The notes beneath the pieces are model-generated. The model saw nothing but the letters and a program-made list of their open reading frames with translations. It had not been told where the DNA came from and did no database searches. From the NCBI GenBank assembly GCA_045600145.1, contig JAZRXI010000008.1, positions 433 through 64,432 on the forward strand: a stretch of 64,000 bases of DNA, written 5' to 3'. The DNA is from Clostridia bacterium. GTDB lineage: Bacteria > Bacillota > Clostridia > Christensenellales > QALW01. Both the position numbers and the translations under genes were made by a program. Below are positions 1 through 9,983 of this stretch, in pieces (within the stretch, counting starts at the first letter, position 1; each line of letters starts with the position of its first letter).

Positions 1-1
1 A

Positions 2-160
2 GGTGATAAAAAAGTAAAAAGCCTGCAAATAGATTTTCGCAAGGAAATAATGGCGGATTCCGATGTGTCGGCGGCGTTCACCCAAAAAGAAAATGTAACG
101 CTGATAGAGGGCATATGCGGCGGTGAGCTTATGTTTCTTGCAAGTGTGGAGGAGGAATAA
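2..160 (+). CDS. C-terminal end of an unidentified protein (CDS starts upstream of window)
   Basis: Frame open from window edge to TAA 158-160 (...ICGGELMFLASVEEE*); no family recognised. Confidence 0.35.
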   Translation, partial: GDKKVKSLQIDFRKEIMADSDVSAAFTQKENVTLIEGICGGELMFLASVEEE

Positions 161-162
161 AG

Positions 163-873
163 ATGTTACTGTACATAATTCGGCACGGCGATCCGATATA
201 CGATCCCGATTCGCTGACAAAGCTCGGCGAGCTTCAGGCGGCGGCACTTGCAAAGCGTCTTGCCGTATACGGGCTTGATGAGATCTATGCTTCGCCGCTC
301 AAACGCGCACAGCAGACGGCACAGCCTACCTGCGATATACTCAAAAAAGAGTTTTCGGTTGAAGAGTGGACAAGCGAAAGTCTTGCATGGCAGGATTTTT
401 GCACAAGAAATGAAGAATCGAACGGATGGGTATTTTACAAGCGAAAAGCGCGCATGCGTTCTCAAGAGGTCAGCTCACTCGGGGCAGAGTGGTACAAGGC
501 ATCTGTTTTTGATGATACCTTTGCCGAACGCGGCGCAAAACGCATTCTTGATGCATCGGACGAATTTCTTTCACGCATGGGGTATGACCATGACCGCGAA
601 AACTGTTGCTATAAAGCACGCGAACACAGTGATAAGCGCGTTGCGGTATTTTGTCATCAGGGCTTCGGCATAACATGGCTCGGCACTTTGCTTGATATAC
701 CGCTTCCCGTTTTTTGGACGACTTTTGATTATACGCATACAGGAATGACAGTTGTGAAATTTCAGCCCGATGCGGACGGCAATACTGTTCCGACAGTGCT
801 GACGCTTTCGAATGATTCGCATTTGTTCCGTGAAGGACTTCCGCTGAGATACAATAACAGTATAGAATTTTGA
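163..873 (+). CDS. histidine phosphatase family protein (phosphoglycerate mutase-like)
   Basis: 236-aa ORF; N-terminal RHG motif (LYIIRHGDP), second His in FCHQGFG; GGAGGAG RBS just upstream. Confidence 0.8.
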   Translation: MLLYIIRHGDPIYDPDSLTKLGELQAAALAKRLAVYGLDEIYASPLKRAQQTAQPTCDILKKEFSVEEWTSESLAWQDFCTRNEESNGWVFYKRKARMRSQEVSSLGAEWYKASVFDDTFAERGAKRILDASDEFLSRMGYDHDRENCCYKAREHSDKRVAVFCHQGFGITWLGTLLDIPLPVFWTTFDYTHTGMTVVKFQPDADGNTVPTVLTLSNDSHLFREGLPLRYNNSIEF

Positions 874-884
874 TTCGTTTCGCT

Positions 885-1033
885 GGGACTCCGTTTCCGT
901 GGGGGGGCTTCGTCCAAAAAACTGCCCGCTTTTTGAAAAAAGCAGGGCAAAAAAATTTTATGACTTTTTGAAAAATTCTCCCGCTGTAAGTAAGACGGGA
1001 GAATTTTTCATACCAAAGTGTGAGCAGAAAACA
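885..1033 (+). repeat. 3'-UTR-associated modular repeat, copy R1 (ATTCTCCCG-hairpin subfamily)
   Basis: About 80% identical by eye over ~85 nt to 23577-23733; same module order as the other copies; starts 12 nt after the stop codon. Confidence 0.6.
975..1008 (+). terminator. intrinsic terminator (part of R1)
   Basis: ATTCTCCCG-N12-CGGGAGAAT 9-bp stem followed by TTTT. Confidence 0.7.
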
Positions 1034-1043
1034 ATTATTTATG

Positions 1044-1052
1044 TGCTATAAT
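1044..1052 (+). promoter_or_regulatory. extended -10 promoter (TGcTATAAT) for the sigma/anti-sigma pair
   Basis: TGCTATAAT at 1044-1052, ~80 nt upstream of ATG 1132; weak -35. Confidence 0.4.
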
Positions 1053-1131
1053 ATAAAAATGTAATGAATAGACTGAAAATCCGGTGTATCAATGTGAAAG
1101 GCCTTGATATGAACGAAAGGGGTGAAGCGGG

Positions 1132-1692
1132 ATGGATGATCACGAGATTATCGAACTATATGTAAAACGTTCCGAGCAAGCCATATCTGAAACCTCAAAA
1201 AAATATGGAAAATACTGTCATTAAATTGCCTATAATATTCTGCACGATGATGCGGACGCGGAGGAATGTGTAAACGATACATATTTAAGAGTATGGAACG
1301 CCATTCCTCCTAAGCATCCCAACAGACTGCAAACGTTTCTCGGAAAAATTACCCGCAATTTGTCCTTGAATAAATGGGAAAAATTATCCGCTCAAAAACG
1401 CGGAAACGGGCAAATTTCACTTGCTCTTGATGAGCTTGCAGAGTGTATTCCTGCGGATGGTGACACCGCGATAATTGTCGAAAATGATTTTATCCGATGC
1501 CTTATAGAGCGATTTCTTGATAATTTTTCCGCAGAAACACGAAAAATTTTCGTTCGACGCTATTGGTATATGAGTTCTATAAAGGAAATCGCAAAGGAAT
1601 ATGGGCTTTCAGAAAACAAGGTGGCGGTTACTCTTTTCAGAACAAGAAAAAAACTCAAAATCGAATTGGAGAAAGAAGGCATAATTCTATGA
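1132..1692 (+). pseudogene. ECF-type sigma-70 family sigma factor interrupted by an in-frame TAA
   Basis: ATG 1132 opens MDDHEIIELYVKRSEQAISETSKKYGKYCH, then TAA at 1222-1224. The same frame continues IAYNILHDDADAEECVNDTYLRVWNAIPP... (region 2) to a region-4 HTH SIKEIAKEYGLSENKVAVTLFRTRKKL. Confidence 0.75.
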
Positions 1693-2381
1693 AGAACAAA
1701 CATCTGTTAAATATTATAGGCGAAATCAACGAAAAATACATTGAGGAAGCGGCGCCCGGTACACAACAGTTACGCCGTTTTCATATTGAAAAATGGGGAA
1801 TAATGGCGGCATGCTTTGCTCTTGTAGCGTTACTTGGTATTACGGGCTTGCATCTAGGATTTTCGAGAAATAAAGCTGAGACGGCAACTTTACAGAACGG
1901 TGAATCAATTAAATTTATCAAAAGCGATAACATTACTTCATCAACTGATTCAAAGTTCTCGCCAAGAGAAATGGGTATTGAAGAAAGCAAGCTTTTGTTC
2001 CGTGATTTACCAATAACTGCATATATGTGCATTGATGCAGAAAATCGTAAAGCAATTGGATTTGAGGGAATGTTCAATGATTGCAAGCTAATAGTAACTC
2101 AAAAAGGCATAAACCTGTCGGATGTCGTAATCGAAGGCAGTGAATTTACTTCAAACATCGAGGGCATTGACGTTTTTGCCGGATATTTTGTGTCAAAGCC
2201 GAACAGCAAGAGCATTAAAACCGTAATCTACTATGCAAGCTTTGAAATCGGTAATAACAGTGTATACGTTGAATGTGCCGGCAACGAAAACGAACGCGAA
2301 ACAACTAAATCAAGCATAGCTGACACGATCTTAAAGCTAATCAAAAGCGGCGGTTTTGATCTGAGCTTGATCCAAGGATAA
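1689..2381 (+). CDS. putative anti-sigma factor / membrane-anchored partner protein
   Basis: ATG 1689 overlaps the sigma stop (ATGA); N-terminus MKNKHLLNIIGEINEKYIEEA plus one TM (WGIMAACFALVALLGITGL); function inferred from position. Confidence 0.55.
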   Translation: MKNKHLLNIIGEINEKYIEEAAPGTQQLRRFHIEKWGIMAACFALVALLGITGLHLGFSRNKAETATLQNGESIKFIKSDNITSSTDSKFSPREMGIEESKLLFRDLPITAYMCIDAENRKAIGFEGMFNDCKLIVTQKGINLSDVVIEGSEFTSNIEGIDVFAGYFVSKPNSKSIKTVIYYASFEIGNNSVYVECAGNENERETTKSSIADTILKLIKSGGFDLSLIQG

Positions 2382-2438
2382 TTCTGGATCGTCACGTCAC
2401 TGTGCTCAGTATAATGACATAATAAGGTAAACAATAAT

Positions 2439-2555
2439 AAAAAACACAGTGCCTGCATTGCTATTATACTTTGTGAGAAGCGCAATAAAAGTTTTGGCGC
2501 ATTTTTATCAAAAGCGCGAAAGGGGACAAGGGGCACAAAGTTCCCTGATGTGCGA
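2439..2555 (-). repeat. 3'-UTR-associated modular repeat, copy R2
   Basis: Minus-sense: GGGAACTTTGTGCCCC.., GCGCTTTTGATAAAAATGCGC, core AAAACTTTTATTGCGC (plus 2480-2495), ..AGGCACTGTG+T6; abuts the stop of 2556..4454. Confidence 0.6.
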
Positions 2556-4454
2556 TCACATCAGCGCATTCAACCGCTTATCGCCGTAAATCAACGATTC
2601 GGTTTCGTCGATAAGCTGTCGGATGCCTATTTTTTTATCACCGCGATACCAGTTTTCAAATATTCCTTTTTCAAGCACCTTGCGTTCCTCAAGATCGGTG
2701 CGCAGGAACGTTACCGCTTTTTTTAGATATTGCCTGTCGCCGGTATTGCAATACCGGCAGCATTCACGGCACCATGAAGAGAACAGTATCATATGGCGTA
2801 TCTGCCGTATCATTATATCAAAATATCCGTCGCACTCAAGCGCCTGCGCCTTTTTAAGCAGACGCTCGAATTTTTCGATGCTGTCAGTCAGCAGTCCGAC
2901 CCAATGATCCGGCAAACGTCTGTCAAGCGCGTCCAGACCGATGTATTTGATACTGCCGTCGGAAGCCGAAAAATAATTGAACTCATATTCGCCGTGGCGG
3001 AACGTGAAATACTGCTTATAGCTGTCAAGCCGCTCTATCGGCACATTGACGAACGAAGCAAAGTATTCCTTCATTATTTCGGCGGTCTGCACGTTGCCGA
3101 AGTAACGCGAGCATATCGTTTCATAAAAGCTGTCAAGGTCAAAGCCGTAAAAATCCTTTGTAAGTGCGGCGTTTGCCTCGTCAGAAAGAATGAAATCGCG
3201 CACATTGGAAGTATTGAGTATGCTGTATTCGGTATCCCCGGCTTCGACCGAAAGCTTATAGTTGTACGCCATCTTGCGCCAATCGGTGGCTTGCGCAAGA
3301 TGACCGCCGTCGCCCCAATAACAGATGTGATAGTATATGCCGTATGTGCGATTTTTTTCGCGCGGGATATCGTAAAAATCTGCCGAAAGCATCTGTGTCG
3401 GTCCGACATCCGAAAAAACAAGCGTCGTCTTTTGCGGGAATTTGAGATAGCCCGCGTGATAAAGCGTTGCGCCCTCCATCCACAGTGTGCTTGTGGAATA
3501 GAAATCCTTGCCGCACAGCTTTTCGACTATGCCGTACTGCACGGCTATGGCTTCGGAAATGACATTGCCCCAATACTCCATTCCGTGCGTGGCATCCTTT
3601 TCCCATACGGGTCGGTCTGCCTTGCCCCGCAGACCGAGCTGCCATATCACACTGTCCTTGTACTTTGCCCATTTTTCGGCATAGTACGTCCACACCTCTA
3701 TGGCGTCATCCTTGTTCTTTGAATATGAAAACTCGCTTGTCCGTCCGCGCTGTGCCATGTATGTATCGTAATACCAATGGCTTACGCCCATAGGCTCGAT
3801 ATGGTGCTGAGTGACGAACATTCCGCGCTTGACGCAGAACGCGACTATCTCTTCCTGACGCGGGTCGGCGATATCAAGCAGTGTCGCGGGGATTATCATA
3901 TTAAAATTCATTCTGAGCGCCGTTTCGACAACAAGTGCGATATCCTCTAAATTCGTTATATCCTGATAGAACGGGTAATCTTTTATTTCACGGGTATAGC
4001 CGTCATGCCAGCGGGTGAGCAGATCCTCGTCGTTTATGAACCAACCGCGGAATTTATATGTCATCGGTTTTGATTTATATGTACCGTCATTGATTGATTC
4101 ACAATGTTTTATTGTATTCTGCGTAAATGCTATTCCTGCGGGTACACCGAACAATTCGCTTACGCGGTATATTCCCCACATCGTGCCGCGTCTGTCGCTT
4201 CCCGCGATTATTATTTTCCCGTTTTTTACGGTAACAACATACTGCTCCCAATTTTCCGGGATTTCAAGATTCGTCTTTTTGTATTCACAAAGAAATTTTT
4301 CGTTTTCGATATTTCCCACTACTATATCGGCATCAAAAGAATTCTCTGCTATTTCCGTTTCACATCCGCACGAAGCAAGTATATCTTTTTTCAAATCCTT
4401 GCACGCAAGGAATATACATTCTTCTCCGTAATACGCTATTTTTTCAAAATTCAT
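2556..4454 (-). CDS. putative glycoside hydrolase (GH115-like), family assignment tentative
   Basis: 632-aa ORF; YKFRGWFINDEDLL-type motif recalled from GH115; AAGGAG RBS; start directly follows the stop of the upstream HTH gene (TAAATG). Confidence 0.45.
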   Translation of the reverse strand: MNFEKIAYYGEECIFLACKDLKKDILASCGCETEIAENSFDADIVVGNIENEKFLCEYKKTNLEIPENWEQYVVTVKNGKIIIAGSDRRGTMWGIYRVSELFGVPAGIAFTQNTIKHCESINDGTYKSKPMTYKFRGWFINDEDLLTRWHDGYTREIKDYPFYQDITNLEDIALVVETALRMNFNMIIPATLLDIADPRQEEIVAFCVKRGMFVTQHHIEPMGVSHWYYDTYMAQRGRTSEFSYSKNKDDAIEVWTYYAEKWAKYKDSVIWQLGLRGKADRPVWEKDATHGMEYWGNVISEAIAVQYGIVEKLCGKDFYSTSTLWMEGATLYHAGYLKFPQKTTLVFSDVGPTQMLSADFYDIPREKNRTYGIYYHICYWGDGGHLAQATDWRKMAYNYKLSVEAGDTEYSILNTSNVRDFILSDEANAALTKDFYGFDLDSFYETICSRYFGNVQTAEIMKEYFASFVNVPIERLDSYKQYFTFRHGEYEFNYFSASDGSIKYIGLDALDRRLPDHWVGLLTDSIEKFERLLKKAQALECDGYFDIMIRQIRHMILFSSWCRECCRYCNTGDRQYLKKAVTFLRTDLEERKVLEKGIFENWYRGDKKIGIRQLIDETESLIYGDKRLNALM

Positions 4455-4670
4455 TTAATTACAACTCCTTGTCGGATTGTCTGTTTCACCGAGAATATAA
4501 TCTATACTGACATCATAAAACCGAGATAGTTTTATAAGAATCAAAGTCGGGATATCATTTTCTCCGGTCTCATATTTCGAATATCCTGTTTGTGACATTC
4601 CTATTATTTTTGCAAGCTGGGTTTGGCTCAAATCACTGTCTTCCCTTAAATCCCTTATCCTTTTATACAT
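4455..4670 (-). CDS. XRE-family helix-turn-helix transcriptional regulator
   Basis: MYKRIRDLREDSDLSQTQLAKIIGMSQTGYSKYETGENDIP: classic Cro/C1 HTH; GGAGG RBS. Confidence 0.85.
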   Translation of the reverse strand: MYKRIRDLREDSDLSQTQLAKIIGMSQTGYSKYETGENDIPTLILIKLSRFYDVSIDYILGETDNPTRSCN

Positions 4671-4712
4671 TTTTACCTCCAAATAATTTCGGTAAAAATA
4701 TTATACGTTAAT

Positions 4713-4746
4713 CTGTTTTAGGGTATTGACATTTAACCTAAAACAG
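4713..4746. promoter_or_regulatory. inverted-repeat operator bracketing the -35 box
   Basis: CTGTTTTAGG (4713-4722) and CCTAAAACAG (4737-4746), a perfect 10-bp inverted repeat with 14-bp spacer centred on TTGACA. Confidence 0.6.
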
Positions 4747-4754
4747 GTTATAAT
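4726..4754 (+). promoter_or_regulatory. consensus sigma-A promoter
   Basis: TTGACA (4726-4731), 17 nt, TATAAT (4749-4754); drives 4777..5076. Confidence 0.7.
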
Positions 4755-4776
4755 TAGTAAAAAAGGAGGAATCGAA

Positions 4777-5076
4777 ATGGTATTTTTTGTCCCGTTTGCA
4801 GTAATTTTAATTTTAGTCGCAATTATTGTTGCCGTCGGCTATAAGGCAATGGAAATCAATCTCGCACCTATTTTGGCAATTATTTTTTTGATTTTCGTTA
4901 TAGTAAGCGTTGTAAAAGCAATCAGTACATTCCGAGAATCAGAAGATGAATCTAACAATGCCAAACCAATAGCATTTACAATACTTGCACTGATAGGTCT
5001 CTTTATGTTTTTGATTTTTTGTTGTTCATCATGTACAGTCGGCGATGTTTGGAAAACATTTTGGTACGGGTTTTAA
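4777..5076 (+). CDS. small integral membrane protein (3 predicted TM), unknown function
   Basis: AGGAGG RBS then ATG 4777; MVFFVPFAVILILVAIIVAV..., hydrophobic segments, Cys-rich tail FCCSSC. Confidence 0.6.
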   Translation: MVFFVPFAVILILVAIIVAVGYKAMEINLAPILAIIFLIFVIVSVVKAISTFRESEDESNNAKPIAFTILALIGLFMFLIFCCSSCTVGDVWKTFWYGF

Positions 5077-5127
5077 GGCAGATTTACAAATTGCAGTGCA
5101 ATTCTGAAAACATCCGCAAAAAAGCAT

Positions 5128-6225
5128 TCAGATTTCCTCAATAATGTCAAATACGACTGCATCGCAGAAATCTCGGCCGCGTTCTGTAAGGCGCATATAT
5201 CCGCCTTTGATTTCGAGCAAACCGAAATCAATATGCTTTTTTACTGCTTTGCCCGCAAGTATTCCGGGGGGCAAATTATTTATACTTATGCCCTTATTCA
5301 TCCTCAATCCGAGCATTATTATTTCCGTGTTTTTATCGTTTTGGCTCAATACCTGCCTGTCACGCACGGTATCTTCGCCGGAAAGATATTCCTCAAGCAC
5401 ATCGGTGTTGCGGAAGCGCGCACCCTCAAAATAGGAGTGCGCCGCACAGCCTAAGCCTATGTATTCACCGCACTGCCAATAATTCATATTGTGTTTGCAC
5501 TCAAAGCCGTCTTTGGCGTAGTTCGATATTTCGTACTGCTTTATTCCGGCATTGCCGAGTATTCTGTCCGTAAGATAATACATTTCACGTTCTTCGGTCT
5601 CGCCCGGCAGTATCAGCTCGCCGCGCTCTGCGGCTTTGCTCATCGGCGTACCGTTGTCAAGCGTCAGCGAATAGCACGAAATGTGCGTCGGTGCATAAGA
5701 AACAGCCTTAAGAAGTGTTTCGCGCCACATTTCAACGGTCTGCCCCGGCAAAGCAAATATGAGGTCAAGATTGAAATTATCAAAGCCGACACGTTTTATG
5801 CTGTTCACGGCATTTTCAAGCTGTGCAAGTGTATGACATCTGCCGATACTTTCAAGCACACTGTCGCTGAGGCTTTGCGCGCCGACGGATATCCTGTTGA
5901 TACCGCTGTCTCTGCATGCCTTTAGCTTTTCTTCCGTCAGTGAAGCGGGATTACACTCTATCGTTATTTCCGCGTTTTGCGAAATATCGAAATTTTCGTG
6001 CAGAAAGGCAAGAAGCTCCGATATCTGCTTATCGCTCATAAGGCTCGGAGTGCCGCCGCCTATAAACACGGTGCTTATTTTTTCGCCCTTATAGTGTTCC
6101 GCTTCTTTTTTAAGACGTGATAAATAAGACGGCAGAAGCTTTTCTCTGCCGCCGAATGAAACAAAATCGCAATAAGCACATTTTTTTGTGCAAAACGGAA
6201 TGTGGATATATAAGCCTCTCATCAT
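5128..6225 (-). CDS. hemW: radical SAM heme chaperone HemW (coproporphyrinogen III oxidase-like)
   Basis: [10 protein letters not shown] CxxxCxxC motif near the N-terminus; 365 aa; 4-nt overlap with lepA, the conserved lepA-hemW order. Confidence 0.85.
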   Translation of the reverse strand: MMRGLYIHIPFCTKKCAYCDFVSFGGREKLLPSYLSRLKKEAEHYKGEKISTVFIGGGTPSLMSDKQISELLAFLHENFDISQNAEITIECNPASLTEEKLKACRDSGINRISVGAQSLSDSVLESIGRCHTLAQLENAVNSIKRVGFDNFNLDLIFALPGQTVEMWRETLLKAVSYAPTHISCYSLTLDNGTPMSKAAERGELILPGETEEREMYYLTDRILGNAGIKQYEISNYAKDGFECKHNMNYWQCGEYIGLGCAAHSYFEGARFRNTDVLEEYLSGEDTVRDRQVLSQNDKNTEIIMLGLRMNKGISINNLPPGILAGKAVKKHIDFGLLEIKGGYMRLTERGRDFCDAVVFDIIEEI

Positions 6226-8027
6226 TCGTCAAGCTTAAGCACCGCGAGGAAGGCTTCGGACGGTACTTCTACACTGCCGACCTGACGCATGCGCTTTTTG
6301 CCCTCTTTCTGCTTCTCGAGAAGCTTTTTCTTTCTTGTTATATCGCCGCCGTAGCACTTGGCAAGCACGTCCTTACGCATCGCCTTGACGGTCTCACGCG
6401 CGATGACTTTTCCGCCGATAGCCGCTTGAATCGGTATTTCGAAAAGCTGACGCGGAATGGCATCACGGAGCTTTTCAGCTACCATGCGCCCGTGCGCGTA
6501 AGCCTTATCCTTGTGAACTATGACCGACAGCGCATCGCACATATCGCCGTTGAGCAGGAAATCAAGCTTGACGAGTTGGCTCGGCTGATATCCCGCAAGC
6601 TCATAATCGAACGAAGCGTAGCCGTGAGTCCGTGACTTGAGCGTATTGAAAAAATCATAGATTATTTCGTTCAGCGGCATCCTGTATTCAAGCACGGCAC
6701 GGTTTTCATCGGCATAGTGCATGTTGATGTACTCGCCGCGCTTTTCGATGCAAAGATCCATTATCGCGCCGATATAGTCCTTCGGTGTCATTATCTCCGC
6801 CTTGACTATCGGCTCGCGCATTTCTTTTATTTCATCGACCTTGGGAAGATTCGCGGGGTTGTCGATTTTCAGCTCTGTCCCGTCGGTTTTTGTTATTTCA
6901 TAAATAACGCTCGGCGCAGTGGTGACAAGGTCGAAATCAAATTCGCGTTCAAGGCGCTCCTGAATGATCTCCATGTGCAGAAGTCCTAAAAATCCGCAAC
7001 GGAAGCCGTAGCCGAGAGCCGCACTCGTTTCCGGCTCAAACGTAAGTGAAGCATCGTTCAAGCCGAGCTTTTCGAGTGCCTCATGCAAATCGTCGTACTC
7101 ACTGCCGTCAGCGGGATAAATTCCGCAGAATACGTTGGGCATTATCTTTTTATAGCCCGGCAACGGCTCGGCGGCGGGATTTTCATCATCGGTTATCGTA
7201 TCGCCGACGCGCGTTTCGGAAACCGTTTTGATGCTTGCCGAAATATATCCGACCTCACCGGCGGAAAGCTCTTCGACGGGCAAATAGCCGGGGGAGAACA
7301 CGCCGACCTCGGTCACCTCAAAGGTGTGTCCCGAATGCATCATGCGTATCTTTGTGCCGACGCGCACTTTTCCGTTCACGACACGCACAAAGCTCAGTGC
7401 GCCCTTGTAGTTATCGTAGATCGAATCGAATATAAGCGCCTGAAACGGAGCTTCCTCGTCGCATTTGGGTGCCGGAACATCGCGGACTATCATTTCAAGC
7501 ACCTCATGGATGTTGATGCCCTCTTTGGCGGAGATGCGCGGTGCGTCCATGCAGGGGATGCCGATGATGTCCTCGACCTCCTGTGCGACGGCATCAGGCT
7601 CGGCACTCGGCAGGTCTATCTTGTTTATTACGGGAAGTATCTCCAGATCCTGCCCGACAGCAAGGTAAACGTTGGCAAGCGTCTGTGCCTCTACGCCCTG
7701 CGTGGCATCTACTATAAGTATCGCGCCCTCACAGGCATTCAGCGCGCGTTCGACCTCATAGGTAAAATCTACATGACCGGGCGTGTCGATGAGGTTGAGC
7801 ATGTATTCGTTGCCGTCATCGGCTTTATAGAACATCCGCACCGCCTGCGATTTTATGGTTATACCGCGTTCCTGCTCAAGCTCCATAGTATCAAGTAGCT
7901 GTGCATGCATCTCACGCGAATCAACAGTTCCGGTTTCATCTATTAGTCTGTCGGCAAGTGTCGATTTACCGTGGTCGATGTGAGCGATTATGCAAAAATT
8001 GCGTATCCTGCTTTTATCAAATGACAT
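6222..8027 (-). CDS. lepA: translation elongation factor 4
   Basis: [22 protein letters not shown]1 motif, DTPGHVDF, 601 aa, C-terminal LepA-type tail. Confidence 0.95.
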   Translation of the reverse strand: MSFDKSRIRNFCIIAHIDHGKSTLADRLIDETGTVDSREMHAQLLDTMELEQERGITIKSQAVRMFYKADDGNEYMLNLIDTPGHVDFTYEVERALNACEGAILIVDATQGVEAQTLANVYLAVGQDLEILPVINKIDLPSAEPDAVAQEVEDIIGIPCMDAPRISAKEGINIHEVLEMIVRDVPAPKCDEEAPFQALIFDSIYDNYKGALSFVRVVNGKVRVGTKIRMMHSGHTFEVTEVGVFSPGYLPVEELSAGEVGYISASIKTVSETRVGDTITDDENPAAEPLPGYKKIMPNVFCGIYPADGSEYDDLHEALEKLGLNDASLTFEPETSAALGYGFRCGFLGLLHMEIIQERLEREFDFDLVTTAPSVIYEITKTDGTELKIDNPANLPKVDEIKEMREPIVKAEIMTPKDYIGAIMDLCIEKRGEYINMHYADENRAVLEYRMPLNEIIYDFFNTLKSRTHGYASFDYELAGYQPSQLVKLDFLLNGDMCDALSVIVHKDKAYAHGRMVAEKLRDAIPRQLFEIPIQAAIGGKVIARETVKAMRKDVLAKCYGGDITRKKKLLEKQKEGKKRMRQVGSVEVPSEAFLAVLKLDE

Positions 8028-8036
8028 TTTTTCACC

Positions 8037-8534
8037 TTATCTGCCGCAGCAGTTTTTATATTTTTTGCCGCTTCCGCAGGGGCAGGGATCGTTTCTGCCG
8101 ACGGTCTTTTTGCTGACCGCCTGCTGTTCGGTGCGCCATGCGCGTGTAAGCTCGGTGCGCTTCTCCTCACTGAGTACATCATCCCATTCCTTGAGCGTAT
8201 AGAGCCATTTCGCCTTTGCATTGAGCATGTTGTAGAAAAGCTTTTCGGGCAAAACGGTCATTTCTATTTCGGTTTCTTCCTCAAGATTTTTGAAATCTAT
8301 TTCTTTCTCAAGTGAAGTGCAGATGCCGTCAGCGAACGGAGCGAAAATCACGGGCTCAAGACCGAGCTTATCGGCAACTTCCTTTACCGTACCCTTTATT
8401 TCAAACCATTTTTGCGCAAGTATCCTCTTGTATGCTTCGGTCTCCTCGGCATAATATTTCTGCCAAAGCTGTCCCTGCTGTGCGTCTGTCTTGCAAAGCT
8501 CCTGCATTTGCTCCCATGCTTCGTAAATCTTCAT
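8037..8534 (-). CDS. SEC-C motif domain protein
   Basis: C-terminal [18 protein letters not shown] zinc-binding SEC-C motif. Confidence 0.75.
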   Translation of the reverse strand: MKIYEAWEQMQELCKTDAQQGQLWQKYYAEETEAYKRILAQKWFEIKGTVKEVADKLGLEPVIFAPFADGICTSLEKEIDFKNLEEETEIEMTVLPEKLFYNMLNAKAKWLYTLKEWDDVLSEEKRTELTRAWRTEQQAVSKKTVGRNDPCPCGSGKKYKNCCGR

Positions 8535-8547
8535 TTTTATATCTCCT

Positions 8548-9756
8548 TCAATTCATTTCATCGTACTTGTTTTTGATAGCCGTAAGGAAATCACGGCTGT
8601 TTACGCATTTTTTGTTTTCAAGCGTCGAAAGAGCGAACAGATCCTTTGTCATTATGCCGCTTTCGATAGTCGCTATCGTAGCTTTTTCCATTCTGTCGGC
8701 GTATTCGACGAGCGCGTCGATATCATCAAGCTGACCGCGCTTGCGCAAGCCGCCCGTCCACGCAAAGATAGTTGCGACGGGGTTGGTGCTTGTTTCCTCG
8801 CCTGCGCGGTACTTGTAATAATGGCGTGTTACCGTACCGTGTGCGGCTTCGTATTCATACTTGCCGTCGGGGGAAACGAGAACGCTCGTCATCATTGCAA
8901 GGCTTCCGAACGCCGTTGCAAGCATGTCGCTCATGACATCGCCGTCATAATTTTTGCACGCCCAGATGTAGCCGCCCTTGGAACGTATCACACGCGCAAC
9001 GGCATCGTCGATAAGCGTGTAGAAATATTCAATACCTGCTTCTTCAAATTTTGCCTTATATTCATTCTCAAATATTTCGGCAAAAATATCCTTGAAGCGA
9101 TGGTCGTATGTCTTGGATATAGTGTCCTTTGAAGCGAACCAGATATCCTGCTTTTTGTCAAGTGCGTACTCGAAGCACGCACGGGCGAAGCTTGATATCG
9201 AGGAATCGAGATTATGCAGTCCCTGTACAACGCCGGCGCTCTTATCGAACGAAAGTATCGTTTCGCGTCTTTCGCCGTCCTTGCCGGTTATCACAAGCTC
9301 AGCCTTTTCGCCCTGCTCAACGCGGAATTCGACATTCTTATAAACATCTCCGTAGGCGTGACGGGCAATTATTATCGGTTTTTCCCAATTACTTACAACG
9401 GGCTTGATACCGTTGACGATGATAGGCTCTCTGAATACCGTACCGTCAAGCGCGGCACGAACCGTACCGTTGGGGCTCTTCCACATCTTTTTAAGATGGT
9501 ATTCCTCCACACGCTGAGCGTTCGGCGTGATGGTCGCGCACTTTATGCCCACACCGTATTTCTTTATCGCCTCGGCGGCATCGAGAGTTACCTTGTCCTC
9601 GGTCTTGTCTCTGTACTCAAGTCCGAGATCATAGTATTCGCTCTTTAAGTCGATATAGGGCAGAATGAGTAATTCTTTTATCCATTGCCACAGCACCCGC
9701 GTCATTTCGTCGCCGTCAAGCTCAACGATCGGGGTCTTCATTTGAATTTTTGACAT
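8548..9756 (-). CDS. icd: NADP-dependent isocitrate dehydrogenase (homodimeric, eukaryote-like subfamily)
   Basis: 402 aa; [31 protein letters not shown] motifs. Confidence 0.9.
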   Translation of the reverse strand: MSKIQMKTPIVELDGDEMTRVLWQWIKELLILPYIDLKSEYYDLGLEYRDKTEDKVTLDAAEAIKKYGVGIKCATITPNAQRVEEYHLKKMWKSPNGTVRAALDGTVFREPIIVNGIKPVVSNWEKPIIIARHAYGDVYKNVEFRVEQGEKAELVITGKDGERRETILSFDKSAGVVQGLHNLDSSISSFARACFEYALDKKQDIWFASKDTISKTYDHRFKDIFAEIFENEYKAKFEEAGIEYFYTLIDDAVARVIRSKGGYIWACKNYDGDVMSDMLATAFGSLAMMTSVLVSPDGKYEYEAAHGTVTRHYYKYRAGEETSTNPVATIFAWTGGLRKRGQLDDIDALVEYADRMEKATIATIESGIMTKDLFALSTLENKKCVNSRDFLTAIKNKYDEMN

Positions 9757-9836
9757 AAATACACCTCCGCATAATGCTTTTTTAATATTTTATCACATGT
9801 TTCCAAAATATCAAAACGATTTTTTCAAAAAAACAA

Positions 9837-9864
9837 TTGACTTAAAAATTTTTTTGTGTATAAT
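9837..9864 (+). promoter_or_regulatory. sigma-A promoter for tRNA-Ala
   Basis: TTGACT (9837-9842), 16 nt, TATAAT (9859-9864) preceded by TG; about 13 nt before the tRNA 5' end. Confidence 0.65.
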
Positions 9865-9877
9865 ATGTATTGTGCTT

Positions 9878-9954
9878 GGGGGTATAGCTCAGTTGGCTAG
9901 AGTGTCTGACTGGCAGTCAGAAGGTCATGGGTTCGAATCCCATTATCTCCACCA
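9878..9954 (+). tRNA. tRNA-Ala (anticodon GGC), CCA encoded
   Basis: Hand-folded cloverleaf: acceptor GGGGGTA/TATCTCC with G3:U70, anticodon loop CTGGCAG, T-loop TTCGAAT. Confidence 0.9.
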
Positions 9955-9983
9955 AAAAAGAACGCCAGGGCGTTCTTTTTTTT
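9955..9983 (+). terminator. intrinsic terminator
   Basis: AAGAACGCC-AG-GGCGTTCTT followed by a T-run. Confidence 0.75.

Noticed and set aside
2793-3722. Long ORFs antisense to real genes. Examples: 2793..3722 (309 aa), 7083..7898 (271 aa), 21154..21873 and 21919..22899 (239/326 aa), 41283..42227 (314 aa), 61027..61857 (276 aa).
   Set aside because: Each lies fully inside a well-supported gene on the opposite strand (GH115-like, lepA, gyrA, ABC, lacZ). They have no RBS, show odd composition (Arg/Cys/His-rich or low complexity) and carry no recognisable motifs. They are shadow ORFs.
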